Positions 17,561 through 28,123 of a DNA stretch of 64,000 nucleotides are shown here, one piece after another; within the stretch, counting starts at the first letter, position 1, and the number at the start of each line of letters is the position of its first letter. The notes below the pieces were generated by a model. It saw only the letters and a program-made list of their open reading frames with translations. It made no database searches and was not told the DNA's origin. The stretch is from a bacterium. GTDB lineage: Bacteria > Patescibacteriota > CPR2 > UBA1875 > JAJYID01. The stretch lies in contig JAJYJC010000002.1 in NCBI GenBank assembly GCA_021796415.1, positions 7,983-71,982 on the forward strand, read 5' to 3'. The translations under genes and the position numbers were made by a program.

Positions 17561-18835
17561 ATGAAGAAATTAATCCCTGCCATATTTACCGCGGCGATTA
17601 CTTCACTCATTCCAACCATAACTTTTGCCGCTTCCAACGCTGATGTTGAGGGTTTTGCCCGCGACACTTTGACAACTCTTACTGTCTTAGCATCCATTGC
17701 CGTTGTCTTTTTCCTGATCGGCGGAGGGTATCTATATATAACCTCCACGGGGAAACCAGAGGCGCTTGATAAGGCCAAAAGAACTATCAGAAAAGCTCTG
17801 ATCGGGCTCGTAATCGTTATCGGTGCCAGTGTCATTTCCTCGATCCTAAACGGAGCGCTCACTCCGTCAAGTTCCGGCGGTATCGGGACGGCTCTAAACT
17901 TAGCTCCCATTCAGCCGGCTGCCCAAAACGGATCGCTGGCCCAAATACTTCTTGACGCTATTTCCGGTTTCCTGCAAAACATTGTTCAGTCGGCGACAAA
18001 GCCGATTATAGACGGCATTACCTGGTTTCTTACAAACACTCCGGCCTTATCAACCAACTCAGTTGTTTTTAAGTTTTGGCTCTTAATGGTCGGCATTACC
18101 GATTCACTTTTCGCCGTTGTTATCGCGCTCCTCGGCCTCCATGTCATGAGCGCCTCGACCTTCGGCTTTGAAGAGCTCAGCGTCAAACAGCTCATGCCGA
18201 GAATCGGTCTTGCTTTCCTTGTCGCCAACACCTCAATATTTTTGATTGACTGGATCATCCTCCTTTGCCAAACCTTAATCCATGCAGTTCTTAACGCCAC
18301 CGGAGGTCTGGGCCAAGCTTGGATCCTAAACGCCTTTGACCCGGCCGCCCTTGTCAGCGGTTCAACGGCTCTCATTACTCTGATATTTATGATTATCTTT
18401 GTGGTCCTAGCCATAGTTCTGCTTCTTTTCTATATCAGCCGTTTAATGATCCTTGCCTTCGGCGCCGTTATCTCACCGCTGGTCTGCCTGCTCTGGCTTC
18501 TGCCTAAGGCGTCCAACTTCGCCGAAAACGCAGTCAGAATGTATTTTGTGACGCTCTTTTCCATTTTTATCCATGTCGTTATCATTCAACTGGCCTCGGC
18601 TTTTCTTACCATACCCGGCCAGCAGGGGACAAATCCGATCATCTCCGTTCTAATCGGTATCGCTCTTCTTTCTATACTACTTAAAAGCACGGCAACCACG
18701 ACTCAACTCGCCCTATCCGCACAGACAGCGGGAACGTTCAAGAAATACGGCGGCCAGCTACTAAATGTAATGAGCTCGTCTGCCAGCGGGACATCATCGT
18801 CCAGAGCGGCGGCTCAGAAAGCGAGTACAAAATGA
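17561..18835 (+). CDS. Pilin domain fused to a VirB6/TrbL-like polytopic membrane protein
   Basis: N-terminal GGYLYITSTGKPEALDKAK pilin motif followed by many TM helices. Confidence 0.7.
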   Translation: MKKLIPAIFTAAITSLIPTITFAASNADVEGFARDTLTTLTVLASIAVVFFLIGGGYLYITSTGKPEALDKAKRTIRKALIGLVIVIGASVISSILNGALTPSSSGGIGTALNLAPIQPAAQNGSLAQILLDAISGFLQNIVQSATKPIIDGITWFLTNTPALSTNSVVFKFWLLMVGITDSLFAVVIALLGLHVMSASTFGFEELSVKQLMPRIGLAFLVANTSIFLIDWIILLCQTLIHAVLNATGGLGQAWILNAFDPAALVSGSTALITLIFMIIFVVLAIVLLLFYISRLMILAFGAVISPLVCLLWLLPKASNFAENAVRMYFVTLFSIFIHVVIIQLASAFLTIPGQQGTNPIISVLIGIALLSILLKSTATTTQLALSAQTAGTFKKYGGQLLNVMSSSASGTSSSRAAAQKASTK

Positions 18836-19341
18836 AAACAAGCGTAGTGCCAGCTCAAATCACAACGATCGAGGACAAAATTGCCGGCAATATGACCTTC
18901 CCTCAGATCCTGCTCCTCGTCATTTCCCTGGTTCTCGGCACCATAATCTATGTTATCGTTCCCCCAAGCTCCCGCTTGAGCGTTATAAAAATCATTGCTA
19001 TCGTCGTTCAGTTTCTCATCCTCGGCCTCCTGGCTCTCCGCGTCAAAGGGCAGACTATGGCCGACCGGCTCATGATACTGCTTCGGTACGCCCTAAGACC
19101 CCGCCTTTATCTTTTTACCAAGAACGATCTCGCAACAAGAGACGTCGCCGTCCTCGAGAAAGCAAAAAAGACGGCAAAGGTAAATAATGATTTGACCAAG
19201 AAAAAGCAGGCAGTCCCGGAAAAACCCAAACTCGACCAGTCCATGCTGGACCGGTTCTTAACAGATCCGTCATTAAATATTCGTTTAGAGCTTACCAAGA
19301 AAGGAGGAATTGATGTTTCCCTTAAAACAGATAAAAGCTAA
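18832..19341 (+). CDS. prgI: PrgI family protein (VirB3-like)
   Basis: VPAQITTIEDKIAGNMTFPQ motif, two TM helices, position upstream of VirB4. Confidence 0.75.
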   Translation: MKTSVVPAQITTIEDKIAGNMTFPQILLLVISLVLGTIIYVIVPPSSRLSVIKIIAIVVQFLILGLLALRVKGQTMADRLMILLRYALRPRLYLFTKNDLATRDVAVLEKAKKTAKVNNDLTKKKQAVPEKPKLDQSMLDRFLTDPSLNIRLELTKKGGIDVSLKTDKS

Positions 19342-19930
19342 AGGTTCGGCGAGATCCCAAATCGGCATCAGGGAAGTCAGGGATGATATTCTCATCTTGC
19401 CCGGCAACCGCTACCGCGCGGTTCTTGCCGCCTCTTCGGTCAACTTTGAGCTCCAAAGCGAAGCCGAACAAGACGCCCTCATCGACAACTTTCAGGCATT
19501 TCTAAACTCTCTGACCACTCCGATCCAAATTCTGATCCGCGTAAGAGCCCTGGATATCGAGCAGTATTTGGAGAATCTGACTTCGGAAAGGGCCAAGGAG
19601 GAGCAAAAGATTTATAGAGACCAGCTAAAACATTATTCAAACTTTATCCGCAAGCTCGTTTCGGGCAATAAGATACTCTCGCGCCGCTTCTACATTGTCA
19701 TCCCTTATGAGAACAAGGCGGCAAGCGACTTCAACATTGCCAAAGAACAGCTCACGCTGGAACAGGAAATTATCATTAAAGGACTGGAAAAACTGGGAAT
19801 GAAAGTAAGCCCGCTTAAAAGCCTGGAAATCCTTGACCTCTTCTACAGTTTCTATAACCCGGCGCTTGCCAAATCCCAACCGCTGTCTGAAGTAATAATA
19901 GGAAAAACAAATGAACTTAACATCATTTAA
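19313..19930 (+). CDS. VirB4 N-terminal-like / TraC-like protein
   Basis: VNFELQSEAEQDA..FQAFLNSL..PIQI..RRFYIVIPY. Confidence 0.75.
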   Translation: MFPLKQIKAKGSARSQIGIREVRDDILILPGNRYRAVLAASSVNFELQSEAEQDALIDNFQAFLNSLTTPIQILIRVRALDIEQYLENLTSERAKEEQKIYRDQLKHYSNFIRKLVSGNKILSRRFYIVIPYENKAASDFNIAKEQLTLEQEIIIKGLEKLGMKVSPLKSLEILDLFYSFYNPALAKSQPLSEVIIGKTNELNII

Positions 19931-21695
19931 GCCAAAAAGGCTTCATCGCCCGAGCAGTAAAGAACGCGCGCGCCAGGAACAGGCTTTTGCCTTCCATGTC
20001 GGAGAACAGGATCAGCTCGACCTCATCACTTACGCAGGGCTGGAAGAGAGCGCAAACCACATTGAAATAGACGGCCAGTTTATGAAGACAATCTTTGTTT
20101 CCGGTTATCCCTACACTTCTTCAAGCGGATGGCTGAACCACCTTATTAACTTCAACCATAACGTCGATATCTCATATCACATTGAGCCGGTTGACGCCAC
20201 TATGGCTCTGCCTAAACTAAACCGCAAAATCACCGAGCTTACATCTACCAAAAGAGCGATGGAGCGAGACGGACGGATTATCGGGGCCGAGCTGCTCGAC
20301 CCTCTGGAATCGGCCATGGAGCTAAGAGACAGGATTCAAAGAGGACAGGAAAATCTCTTTCAAGTCTCTTTGTATATAACACTTTTTGCCGATTCTCTCG
20401 TAGAACTCGATAAGGTAACAAAGCTCTTGGAGACTGTTCTCGCCGCAAGGCTTTTCTATACTAAGCACGCGTCTTACAGGCAAATAGAGGGCCTCCAGTC
20501 GGTGCTGCCAAGGGGCGACAACCAGTTGGCCCAAAAAAGAAACTTAGACAGCTCGTCGGCCGCCATGACATTTCCCTTTATATCATCCGAGTATGTCCAT
20601 GATTCGGGGGTTCTATACGGCATAAACAGATCGAATAATTCTCTCGTGATTGTCGACCGCTTTAAACTCCCGAACGCGAACAGCATCCTTTTTGCCCAGT
20701 CAGGAGCCGGTAAGAGCTACACTGCCAAAGTAGAGATCTTAAGGCACCTGATGCAAGGGACAAAAGTAATTGTGATAGATCCCGAACGGGAATACCGCCA
20801 GCTGGCCGACTCGGTCAAGGGAACGTATATAAAGCTCTCTGTCCATTCAAAAGAAAAGATTAATCCCTTTGATCTCTCGGTTAATACATATAATGAAGCC
20901 GACGGCTTTGCAGACCACGTCCAGTCGCTGACCGAGATAATTTCTCTGATGGCCGAGGGGCTTTCAGCGGAAGAAAAGTCAGTCGTAGACCAGGCAATCA
21001 TCAAAACTTACAGGGAAGCCGGCTTTTCACGGAGAAAAACTAAAAAGAAGAACGACAAACCTTATCCAAAACTGCGTGACTTTGCCCGAATGCTTACAAC
21101 TCTAAAGCAAGACGGACTAAGGAGAAGGCTGGAAAAATATACCGACGGGTCACTATCTGAGGTGTTTAACTCCCAGACAAATATAGAGCTCGAGAATAGG
21201 CTGGTAGTCTTTGACACCAAAGACCTGCCGGAATCTCTCCGCCAGATCATGCACTTAATTATCGCCCAGTTCGTCCAAAATCAGGTCAAAAACAAAACCT
21301 GCAAGAGAACCCTTGTCATTGATGAGGCCTGGCTGATGCTTGAACATGAAGAGAGCGCCAGATTTATTGCCGGACTTGTCAGGCGGGCGAGAAAGTATTA
21401 TCTCGGAGTCAGTATTATTTCTCAGCAGGCCAATGACTTTCTCTCAAATAACTACGGACGGGCCATTGCTTCGCAAAGCGCCCTTAGAATCCTAATGAGG
21501 CAAGACACGACTACTATTAAAAATGTCGGTATCGAGTTTGGACTGAGCGAATATGAGCAGAAGTTTCTTTTGACCTGCGAGCGCGGCGAGGCTCTCATTA
21601 TCGCCGATCAGCACCATGTGGCGGTTAAGGTTACGGCTTCGGAAGAAGAGCATCCTTTAATTACTACCGATCCGGCCGAACTAAGAAAGGCTTGA
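19911..21695 (+). CDS. virB4: VirB4-like conjugation/T4SS ATPase
   Basis: Walker A AQSGAGKS, IDPEREY, Walker B LVIDEAW, RRARKY, SQQ. Confidence 0.9.
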   Translation: MNLTSFKPKRLHRPSSKERARQEQAFAFHVGEQDQLDLITYAGLEESANHIEIDGQFMKTIFVSGYPYTSSSGWLNHLINFNHNVDISYHIEPVDATMALPKLNRKITELTSTKRAMERDGRIIGAELLDPLESAMELRDRIQRGQENLFQVSLYITLFADSLVELDKVTKLLETVLAARLFYTKHASYRQIEGLQSVLPRGDNQLAQKRNLDSSSAAMTFPFISSEYVHDSGVLYGINRSNNSLVIVDRFKLPNANSILFAQSGAGKSYTAKVEILRHLMQGTKVIVIDPEREYRQLADSVKGTYIKLSVHSKEKINPFDLSVNTYNEADGFADHVQSLTEIISLMAEGLSAEEKSVVDQAIIKTYREAGFSRRKTKKKNDKPYPKLRDFARMLTTLKQDGLRRRLEKYTDGSLSEVFNSQTNIELENRLVVFDTKDLPESLRQIMHLIIAQFVQNQVKNKTCKRTLVIDEAWLMLEHEESARFIAGLVRRARKYYLGVSIISQQANDFLSNNYGRAIASQSALRILMRQDTTTIKNVGIEFGLSEYEQKFLLTCERGEALIIADQHHVAVKVTASEEEHPLITTDPAELRKA

Positions 21696-21699
21696 AAAA

Positions 21700-22323
21700 A
21701 TGAACCCGGCCGCTATTAAGATAATCGCAAGCGCCTACTCAATGAAAAAGGAAATTAGGCTCGCGTTCATAACTCTCGTGGCTGTTTGCTTGATTCCGGT
21801 GGTTGCCGTTTTAATGATTACCCAAGTCGGGATTGACGCGGTTTCCGGAGCTCTTGCCAGCCAGAACCCTCAGACTCTTCAAGTTGATATTCACGATCCG
21901 AAGACCGGAGCGGTCATTGATCATATTGCAGGGCCGGCTATCTGGCCGGTTTCGGGCCCAGTGAGTCTGGAGTTTGGCCAGCCTTCTCCGTTTCAGCGGT
22001 TTCATACGGGAATTGATATAGCCGACCCGAACCACAGCGTCGGCACGCCGGTTGAAGCTTTTATGAAAGGCAAGGTTATTTATGCCGACAGCGATCCTTG
22101 GGGTTTCGGCCGTCATGTCATTATTGATCACGGCCACTTTGTCACCTCGCTATACGGCCACTTGAATACTATAAACGTTATTAAGGGGCAAGAAGTTGAC
22201 ATGGGAACAGTCATCGGTACCAGGGGCAATACCGGCTGGTCAACCGGTCCGCATCTCCATTTTCAGATCGAAGTTATGCATATCCCCGTGAACCCAAGGA
22301 TATTTTTGAGTGGGAATCCATAA
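21700..22323 (+). CDS. M23 family peptidoglycan peptidase with N-terminal TM
   Basis: HTGIDIA, YGHL, GNTGWSTGPHLHF motifs. Confidence 0.92.
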   Translation: MNPAAIKIIASAYSMKKEIRLAFITLVAVCLIPVVAVLMITQVGIDAVSGALASQNPQTLQVDIHDPKTGAVIDHIAGPAIWPVSGPVSLEFGQPSPFQRFHTGIDIADPNHSVGTPVEAFMKGKVIYADSDPWGFGRHVIIDHGHFVTSLYGHLNTINVIKGQEVDMGTVIGTRGNTGWSTGPHLHFQIEVMHIPVNPRIFLSGNP

Positions 22324-22393
22324 GTGTTAGAGCGATTTTTACGAAGTTTCTTAGGATTGTAATTTATACCCTTTTTAGATAAGCTTGAATCAA

Positions 22394-24496
22394 ATGGAAA
22401 CAAGAGAAAGTCAACAATTTAACAATCAAACAGCTTTTCCAGAAAATCAGCACACTTACAACGATCTGAATTCTGGTGATATTGAAAACCAAGAAATTCA
22501 TTTTTCTGAGGAGCAAAAGACGGCAATCGAACAAAAAAGAAGAGTTCTTTCTTCTCTTGCCTACTTTATTGGTAAGGATTTTCAGATCCCTGTAGAGCTG
22601 AATGAACCGGGTATGGGTTGGCACTGGGATTTTAAGAAAAATGAAATCAAAGTCGATCCTAAAGATCTTATTGAAAAACCCATGGACTACTTAAGATTCG
22701 TTATTTCTCACGAGGGAGGACATCGCCGTATCTCTCGGACAGAATCGATTCCTCTCGAGACTTGGAAGCAGCCCGGTTTTTCTTTCATGATGAATGCGAT
22801 TGAAGATCCCAGAGATAACAACTTTGTGGCTGAAAACTACCCAAGATTTAGAAGTCAAATGGATGTGGCGTATAAAGACAGTATGGAACTTAAGCAAGAA
22901 TCTGCGCAGAAAGCAAGTGATGAGCTCGGTTATCAGCCTCGTTTTATGCAAGCTGGCTTTGAGTATATTAAGCAGTGGCACAAAGAACAAAAAGGTGAAA
23001 AATTTTCTGTAAGCGAAGATTTACCAAAAGAAGTTCGAGAGGTTGTTGAAAAGACTTTGAATGCGGCAAGCGACTCATGGTGGCGCTATCCGTCAAGAGA
23101 AGAAGCTGACTCAAGTGAAGAGACAATCAAAAAATATGCTGAGGCCTCTTATCGAATAAACCTAGAAAGAATTTGGCCTGAGTTTCAAAAACTTGTTGAG
23201 AAGGATATGGAAGATCAAAATATGCAAGAACTCCTAGGCCAGATGCAAACAAGTGAGGAAGAGGGTGGCTCGGGGTTACCTCAAGAACTCGAAGATAATC
23301 TATCGCCAGAAGAACAAAAGGTATTAGAAGAAGCAATCGAACAAGCCATGCAGAGTGGTGCTGAGGTACAGGAACAAACAGAAGCTGGCACACGAGGCAA
23401 ACCAATTGATTTAAGCTCTTTACCCGACGAGTTGAAACAAAAAATCCAAGATTATATTAATTCTTTGCCGGAAGATCAAAAGCGAGAACTTGCAGAAAAA
23501 GCAAGGGCGGCATTGTCTGATTTTGAAAAAGAACTAGATGAGGAATTGGGAGGGAAACTCTCAGATAGCCCGGAGAAAAAAGCCGAACGAGGCGAAGAAT
23601 CTGAGATACCGTTAGAAAGTAAGGCAACTACGACCGAACCAATTACCCCGGAAGAGTCCGATGAAGTGAGAAAATACAGAGAATTTATAGAACAAGAGCT
23701 ATCAAAAGACGCTAATGCCTATGAAAGACATCGCCGAGAGGTTTTACCCATTATTGACCAGCTTGAACAAGATTTAAGAGAAATTTTTGTTATGAGAAGA
23801 TCTGGCCAATGGGAAAGCGGATTTAGGTCAGGAAAAAGAATTGATATCAAAAGAAGAATACAAGAAAAAGCCAAGGGCGTATCTGCAATGGAGAGTAAGG
23901 CGTGGGAAAAGAGAGAATTGCCCCAAGAAAAGGATTATGCTGTCAGTCTGCTTGCTGATTTATCAGGATCAATGCGAGGAGAAAAGATAAAGGAAACTTT
24001 TAAGGCAGTCATTGTGTTATCTGAAGTGCTAAACAGATTATCAATCCAAACAGAGATTCTGGGCTTTAACAACAGGATTTATGATTATCAAAACTTTGGT
24101 GAGGACATATCAAACCAAAAACGAGAAAACATGGGCGGTATGCTTCAAGAAGTTGCGGGTAGCGGACACAGGTGGAACGATGACGGTTGGGCTGTTGAGC
24201 AGGCATCGGAGCGACTGGCAAAACAAAGAGCGAAAGAAAAGTTTCTTATTGTCCTTTCAGATGGCTTGCCGGAGGAATCTTCTGCCCATCCAAGAGCAAA
24301 GTATGAGCTTGGATCTGTGGTGCAAAAAATTATTGGCTCAACGGATCAAAAGTTAATTGGATTGGGCATCGGTCCAGATACAAATCATGTTGAAAATTAC
24401 TACCCAAATAGTATTTCCAATGTAAATGTAAAGGAAATGGCTGGAAAGCTGGCCGACCTCATCCGTGAAGCTATTGCTAATTTTGATAAATTTTAA
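22394..24496 (+). CDS. vWA-domain protein (CobT/NorD-like) with N-terminal HExxH motif
   Basis: HEGGH..NAIEDPR, acidic linker, MIDAS DLSGSM and VLSDG. Confidence 0.88.
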   Translation: METRESQQFNNQTAFPENQHTYNDLNSGDIENQEIHFSEEQKTAIEQKRRVLSSLAYFIGKDFQIPVELNEPGMGWHWDFKKNEIKVDPKDLIEKPMDYLRFVISHEGGHRRISRTESIPLETWKQPGFSFMMNAIEDPRDNNFVAENYPRFRSQMDVAYKDSMELKQESAQKASDELGYQPRFMQAGFEYIKQWHKEQKGEKFSVSEDLPKEVREVVEKTLNAASDSWWRYPSREEADSSEETIKKYAEASYRINLERIWPEFQKLVEKDMEDQNMQELLGQMQTSEEEGGSGLPQELEDNLSPEEQKVLEEAIEQAMQSGAEVQEQTEAGTRGKPIDLSSLPDELKQKIQDYINSLPEDQKRELAEKARAALSDFEKELDEELGGKLSDSPEKKAERGEESEIPLESKATTTEPITPEESDEVRKYREFIEQELSKDANAYERHRREVLPIIDQLEQDLREIFVMRRSGQWESGFRSGKRIDIKRRIQEKAKGVSAMESKAWEKRELPQEKDYAVSLLADLSGSMRGEKIKETFKAVIVLSEVLNRLSIQTEILGFNNRIYDYQNFGEDISNQKRENMGGMLQEVAGSGHRWNDDGWAVEQASERLAKQRAKEKFLIVLSDGLPEESSAHPRAKYELGSVVQKIIGSTDQKLIGLGIGPDTNHVENYYPNSISNVNVKEMAGKLADLIREAIANFDKF

Positions 24497-24508
24497 TAAA
24501 ATTACGTT

Positions 24509-24934
24509 ATGATAAAGGAAAAATTTTCAACCTTTTTAGAATATTCTTTGTCTCAAAAAGAAGTTTCTCTAATCGTGGCCAAACATGAAAATGAGCTTTC
24601 TCATTTTGAGAGGTGGCTTGAAGACAAGGGGTTTAGAAGAGCTGCTCATGCTTTTGACTTGCTTGACAACCTTGAAGATCATAAGAAACTTTACGTGATT
24701 TTAAAAACAGAGAATGGCAAAGATTCCTATGATTTTGCGGCTCAGTTTCCAACGGGTCAGATTGAGCTTTTTGATAAAAAAACCATGAAAAAGATGCTAA
24801 AAAATATTGATTATAAAAACCGATCAATAGTCTTTTTAACCACAAAGCATCATCTCTTCGACCTTGAAAAGGAGGATTTTAATTTTCTCTCATCAGTTGG
24901 TATGGCTTTCAGAAATGGAGATGCCCATGTCTAG
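24509..24934 (+). CDS. Hypothetical protein in the vWA/MoxR operon
   Basis: 141-aa ORF tightly packed between the vWA and ATPase genes. Confidence 0.75.
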   Translation: MIKEKFSTFLEYSLSQKEVSLIVAKHENELSHFERWLEDKGFRRAAHAFDLLDNLEDHKKLYVILKTENGKDSYDFAAQFPTGQIELFDKKTMKKMLKNIDYKNRSIVFLTTKHHLFDLEKEDFNFLSSVGMAFRNGDAHV

Positions 24935-27002
24935 TCCGGAATTTAGTTTACTTACCGATCCTGAGCAGGAAAAGCCTGTAGAGGATAAGCATCAGGAAGA
25001 AAAAAGCGAGACTCTCGCTCCGATTGCGGAGGATGAAACCTCGGTTTCATATCTAGGGGTAAGATTAGAAAAAGGGCATGTGCCAAGCCCCTTTATACCA
25101 GAGAGAGATAAATATACTGACTATATAAATGATCGATTTACCCTGGAGCTACAGCAGAAGATTGCCATCGGCTTTCAGTCGGGCGACCCTACTCTTATCG
25201 AAGGCGGGACTAGTATCGGTAAGACTACAGCAGCCAGAAAGATGTGTGCGGAACTTGGCTGGGAAGTTCATTATGCTAACTTGAATAAGGCCACGGATGT
25301 TGAAGATTTAATGGGCCGATATATTCCAAATCCTCATCGAACCAAACCTGATGATCCCGAGTTCGTTTTTGCCGATGGAAGAGTTACGGCCGGCCTAAGA
25401 CAGGAAGAAGGAAAAATAAAAGTTATCATCCTTGATGAATATAATGCGGCAGCGCCAAACATTGTAATCCGCCTGCATGAGGTACTAGATGCCCTTGAGC
25501 GTGATGGAGATGTTGTGCTATCGGAAGATGCCTCAGAAACCGTTCCTGTATCGAAAGATAAGACGAAATTAATTGCCCTCACTAATCCGCCCGGAAAAGG
25601 TTACTTTGGTCGTGAACCGCTAGATCCGGCTCAGTTAAGAAGATGGGTCTACCAGAAAGAAGCGAGCAATTTACCCGAAAATACTTTCTCTTTTTCAACC
25701 AAAAGTCTCTTTGGCTTGGTCTCGGAAAATGGCGATGTTATTCCCGAAGAAGTTTACCTAGAATCTCATGAAGACACTCTTTCTTCTCAGCAAATTGCTG
25801 AAATTCCCGGTATTAGCGAAGTGGAGGCAAAGTATGAAGAGTTTCATAGGGCAGCGAAAGAGCTTTTGAAAAATAGAACCATTGCTGCCGATCAACCGCA
25901 ACAGTTTACTTTTGATGATAGAATGGAGCCAAGACGGGTACGAGACTTTGTAATGAGGTTTTACAGCGGAGATATCAATGAAACTTTTCAGCAAGCTCTA
26001 AGATATTATTATTCGAATAAACTAGAGTCAGACGAAGACAGGCAGAAGATTGAAGAGCTAATCTCTCATGTAGGATACACTCCTCAGCCCGACTCAAGAA
26101 GGTTGGGTCTTGAGGATGAATCACGCCCAGAGGGAGTTGGCCTAAGAGATCAAGTCGAGATCGGCATAGAAGATATTTTGCAGGACCCGGCCATTCCGGA
26201 TTCAGTCAAAGAGGTTCTAAGAGTTGAGGGGGTAAAGTTTTCTGAGGCAAAGGAAATAATGAACCAAGATTTTATCGGTCCAGACGAGATTAAAAAAGCT
26301 TTTGGTTTAGAGGTGGATAGAGTACCAGATATTCCCTTTTCAAGAAGCGAACTGGAAAGAGCTAAGGAACTCGATCAAATGCTTATATATAGAACGGGTA
26401 CTGCTGCCCGAGGCGAGCCGATGACTATGGAAAAGATAAATGGCCTTCTTTCCGGCAAGACTAAAGATGGCGGAAAGATATTTTTTGATACTGATTGGTA
26501 TAAAGATGAGGCATTTTTTAAGTCTGAAGCAATCAAGGAAGGATGGTCTCTTGTGTCTAAGGAAGTTATATCTGAGTCGACCAGCAAGAACTATCTGGAG
26601 CAAACCGAGACAATGGTAGATTATCTTAGGAGTAAAGTTTTTGCAGGAGGCGATGTGCCAGAGGAATATCAGGAAGCAATTGGCCAATTTGAAAGCCAAA
26701 AAGATGAAATTTCAAAATTGATAGAAAGTAACTGGAAGAAAGCGGCTGAAAAACTAGAGGGTCTTTCCATTACTCACATGACCAGACAAAGACCGGTTGA
26801 AGCTATCTATGACTTAGTTGCTGTTTATGAGAATACTGATGACCATCTACTTTCTAACAGATATACTTGGACTTCCGCGCGTGACTCTGGCGGCAAGCTG
26901 GTCCGTGTGGGCTACTTCGATGCCAGGGGCGTGCGTGTCCACGGGGGCAGTCCCGACGATCGGTATGACAATCTGGGCGTTTCTTTCTCCCGCAGTCAGT
27001 GA
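24927..27002 (+). CDS. MoxR/AAA_5 ATPase with C-terminal variable (CLec-like) domain; DGR target 1
   Basis: Walker A GGTSIGKT, Walker B IILDE, sensor TNP; C-terminus carries VR1 ending LGVSFSRSQ. Confidence 0.92.
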   Translation: MSSPEFSLLTDPEQEKPVEDKHQEEKSETLAPIAEDETSVSYLGVRLEKGHVPSPFIPERDKYTDYINDRFTLELQQKIAIGFQSGDPTLIEGGTSIGKTTAARKMCAELGWEVHYANLNKATDVEDLMGRYIPNPHRTKPDDPEFVFADGRVTAGLRQEEGKIKVIILDEYNAAAPNIVIRLHEVLDALERDGDVVLSEDASETVPVSKDKTKLIALTNPPGKGYFGREPLDPAQLRRWVYQKEASNLPENTFSFSTKSLFGLVSENGDVIPEEVYLESHEDTLSSQQIAEIPGISEVEAKYEEFHRAAKELLKNRTIAADQPQQFTFDDRMEPRRVRDFVMRFYSGDINETFQQALRYYYSNKLESDEDRQKIEELISHVGYTPQPDSRRLGLEDESRPEGVGLRDQVEIGIEDILQDPAIPDSVKEVLRVEGVKFSEAKEIMNQDFIGPDEIKKAFGLEVDRVPDIPFSRSELERAKELDQMLIYRTGTAARGEPMTMEKINGLLSGKTKDGGKIFFDTDWYKDEAFFKSEAIKEGWSLVSKEVISESTSKNYLEQTETMVDYLRSKVFAGGDVPEEYQEAIGQFESQKDEISKLIESNWKKAAEKLEGLSITHMTRQRPVEAIYDLVAVYENTDDHLLSNRYTWTSARDSGGKLVRVGYFDARGVRVHGGSPDDRYDNLGVSFSRSQ
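26878..26990 (+). repeat. DGR variable repeat VR1
   Basis: 113-nt ungapped alignment to the TR with 13 mismatches, all at TR adenines. Confidence 0.97.
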
Positions 27003-27033
27003 TACTTTGAAAATTGATTTTTGAAACTTTGAT

Positions 27034-27046
27034 ACGCCGAAGGCGT
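27034..27046 (+). promoter_or_regulatory. DGR homing hairpin after VR1
   Basis: ACGCC-GAA-GGCGT, GC-rich stem with a 3-nt GRA loop. Confidence 0.8.
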
Positions 27047-27085
27047 CGGACACAAAATTTTAACAGAAGGTAATAAGGATAAAAA

Positions 27086-28066
27086 ATGAGCGAAATCGGA
27101 TCACCACAACCTGAAATACCGGAGGAAGCGGTAGAAAAAGAAGCTGAGGGTATTAGAATTGCCACAGAAATATCTGAGCTTAGGGCAAGTGCCCGTAATG
27201 AAGCTGATTATGAGAATATTTTGCAAAAAACTCGAGAGCTAAAGGAGCTTTTTGGGATAGTTGTAGAAGGTAAGCTTTCTGGCGAAGTTGCGGAACAGAT
27301 GAGTATGGCCAAAGAAATCATGGAGGAGGATTTTTTCGGTCCGGATGAGATTAAAAAAGCCCTTGGCATTGAAGTGACTGAAATGCCGGACATCCCATTC
27401 AAAAAAGAGGAACTAGAAAGAGCAAAGGAGCTAGAACAGATATTGATTTTGCGGACAGACAAAGCTTCCGATGGCAGTCCTCTAACAATGGAAAAGGTTC
27501 GCGACATGATGGGTAACGAAGACAAAGATGGCGGAAAAATCTTTTGGGAGAGCGCTGACTGGTATAAAGATGAAGCTTTTTATACCAAAGAGACTGCTAA
27601 AGTTGGTTGGGCGTTGGTCTCTAAAGAGGAAATTCCTGATGCAACCAATAAAAATTATTTAGAACAAACAGAAAGTCTTGTTACTTACCTCAAAAACCAA
27701 GTTTTTGCCGGAAAACCGATGCCAAAAGAATATCAGGATGCCGTAGGCGAATTTGAATCACAGAAGTCAACAATAGAGAGTTTGGTCGAAGATGACTGGA
27801 AAGCTGCAGCAGAGAAGTTATCCAAGCTTTCCATTACCAAGCTCACCCGCCAATCACCGGTTGAGGCCATTTATGATATAGTAGTGCATTATCAGAACAC
27901 GGATGAGAGATTGCTAGAAGAAATGTATACTTGGACTTCCGCGCGTGACTCTGGCGGCAGGCTGGTCCATGTGGGCGGCTTCGGTGCCGAGGGCGTGAAT
28001 GTCAACGGGAGCAGTCCCGACTCTCGGTATGACTTTCTGGGCGTTTCTTTCTCCCGCAGTCAGTGA
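27086..28066 (+). CDS. DGR target 2; paralog of the target 1 C-terminal domain without the ATPase
   Basis: Shared AKEIM..DF.GPDEIKKA, WYKDEAF, KNYLEQTE, YTWTSARDSGG; carries VR2. Confidence 0.92.
   Translation: MSEIGSPQPEIPEEAVEKEAEGIRIATEISELRASARNEADYENILQKTRELKELFGIVVEGKLSGEVAEQMSMAKEIMEEDFFGPDEIKKALGIEVTEMPDIPFKKEELERAKELEQILILRTDKASDGSPLTMEKVRDMMGNEDKDGGKIFWESADWYKDEAFYTKETAKVGWALVSKEEIPDATNKNYLEQTESLVTYLKNQVFAGKPMPKEYQDAVGEFESQKSTIESLVEDDWKAAAEKLSKLSITKLTRQSPVEAIYDIVVHYQNTDERLLEEMYTWTSARDSGGRLVHVGGFGAEGVNVNGSSPDSRYDFLGVSFSRSQ
27942..28054 (+). repeat. DGR variable repeat VR2
   Basis: 113-nt ungapped alignment to the TR with 14 mismatches, all at TR adenines. Confidence 0.97.
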
Positions 28067-28097
28067 TACTTTGAAAATTGATATTTGAAACTTTGAT

Positions 28098-28110
28098 ACG
28101 CCGAAGGCGT
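28098..28110 (+). promoter_or_regulatory. DGR homing hairpin after VR2
   Basis: Identical ACGCC-GAA-GGCGT within a ~60-nt 3' flank duplicated from VR1. Confidence 0.8.
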
Positions 28111-28123
28111 CGGACACAAATTT

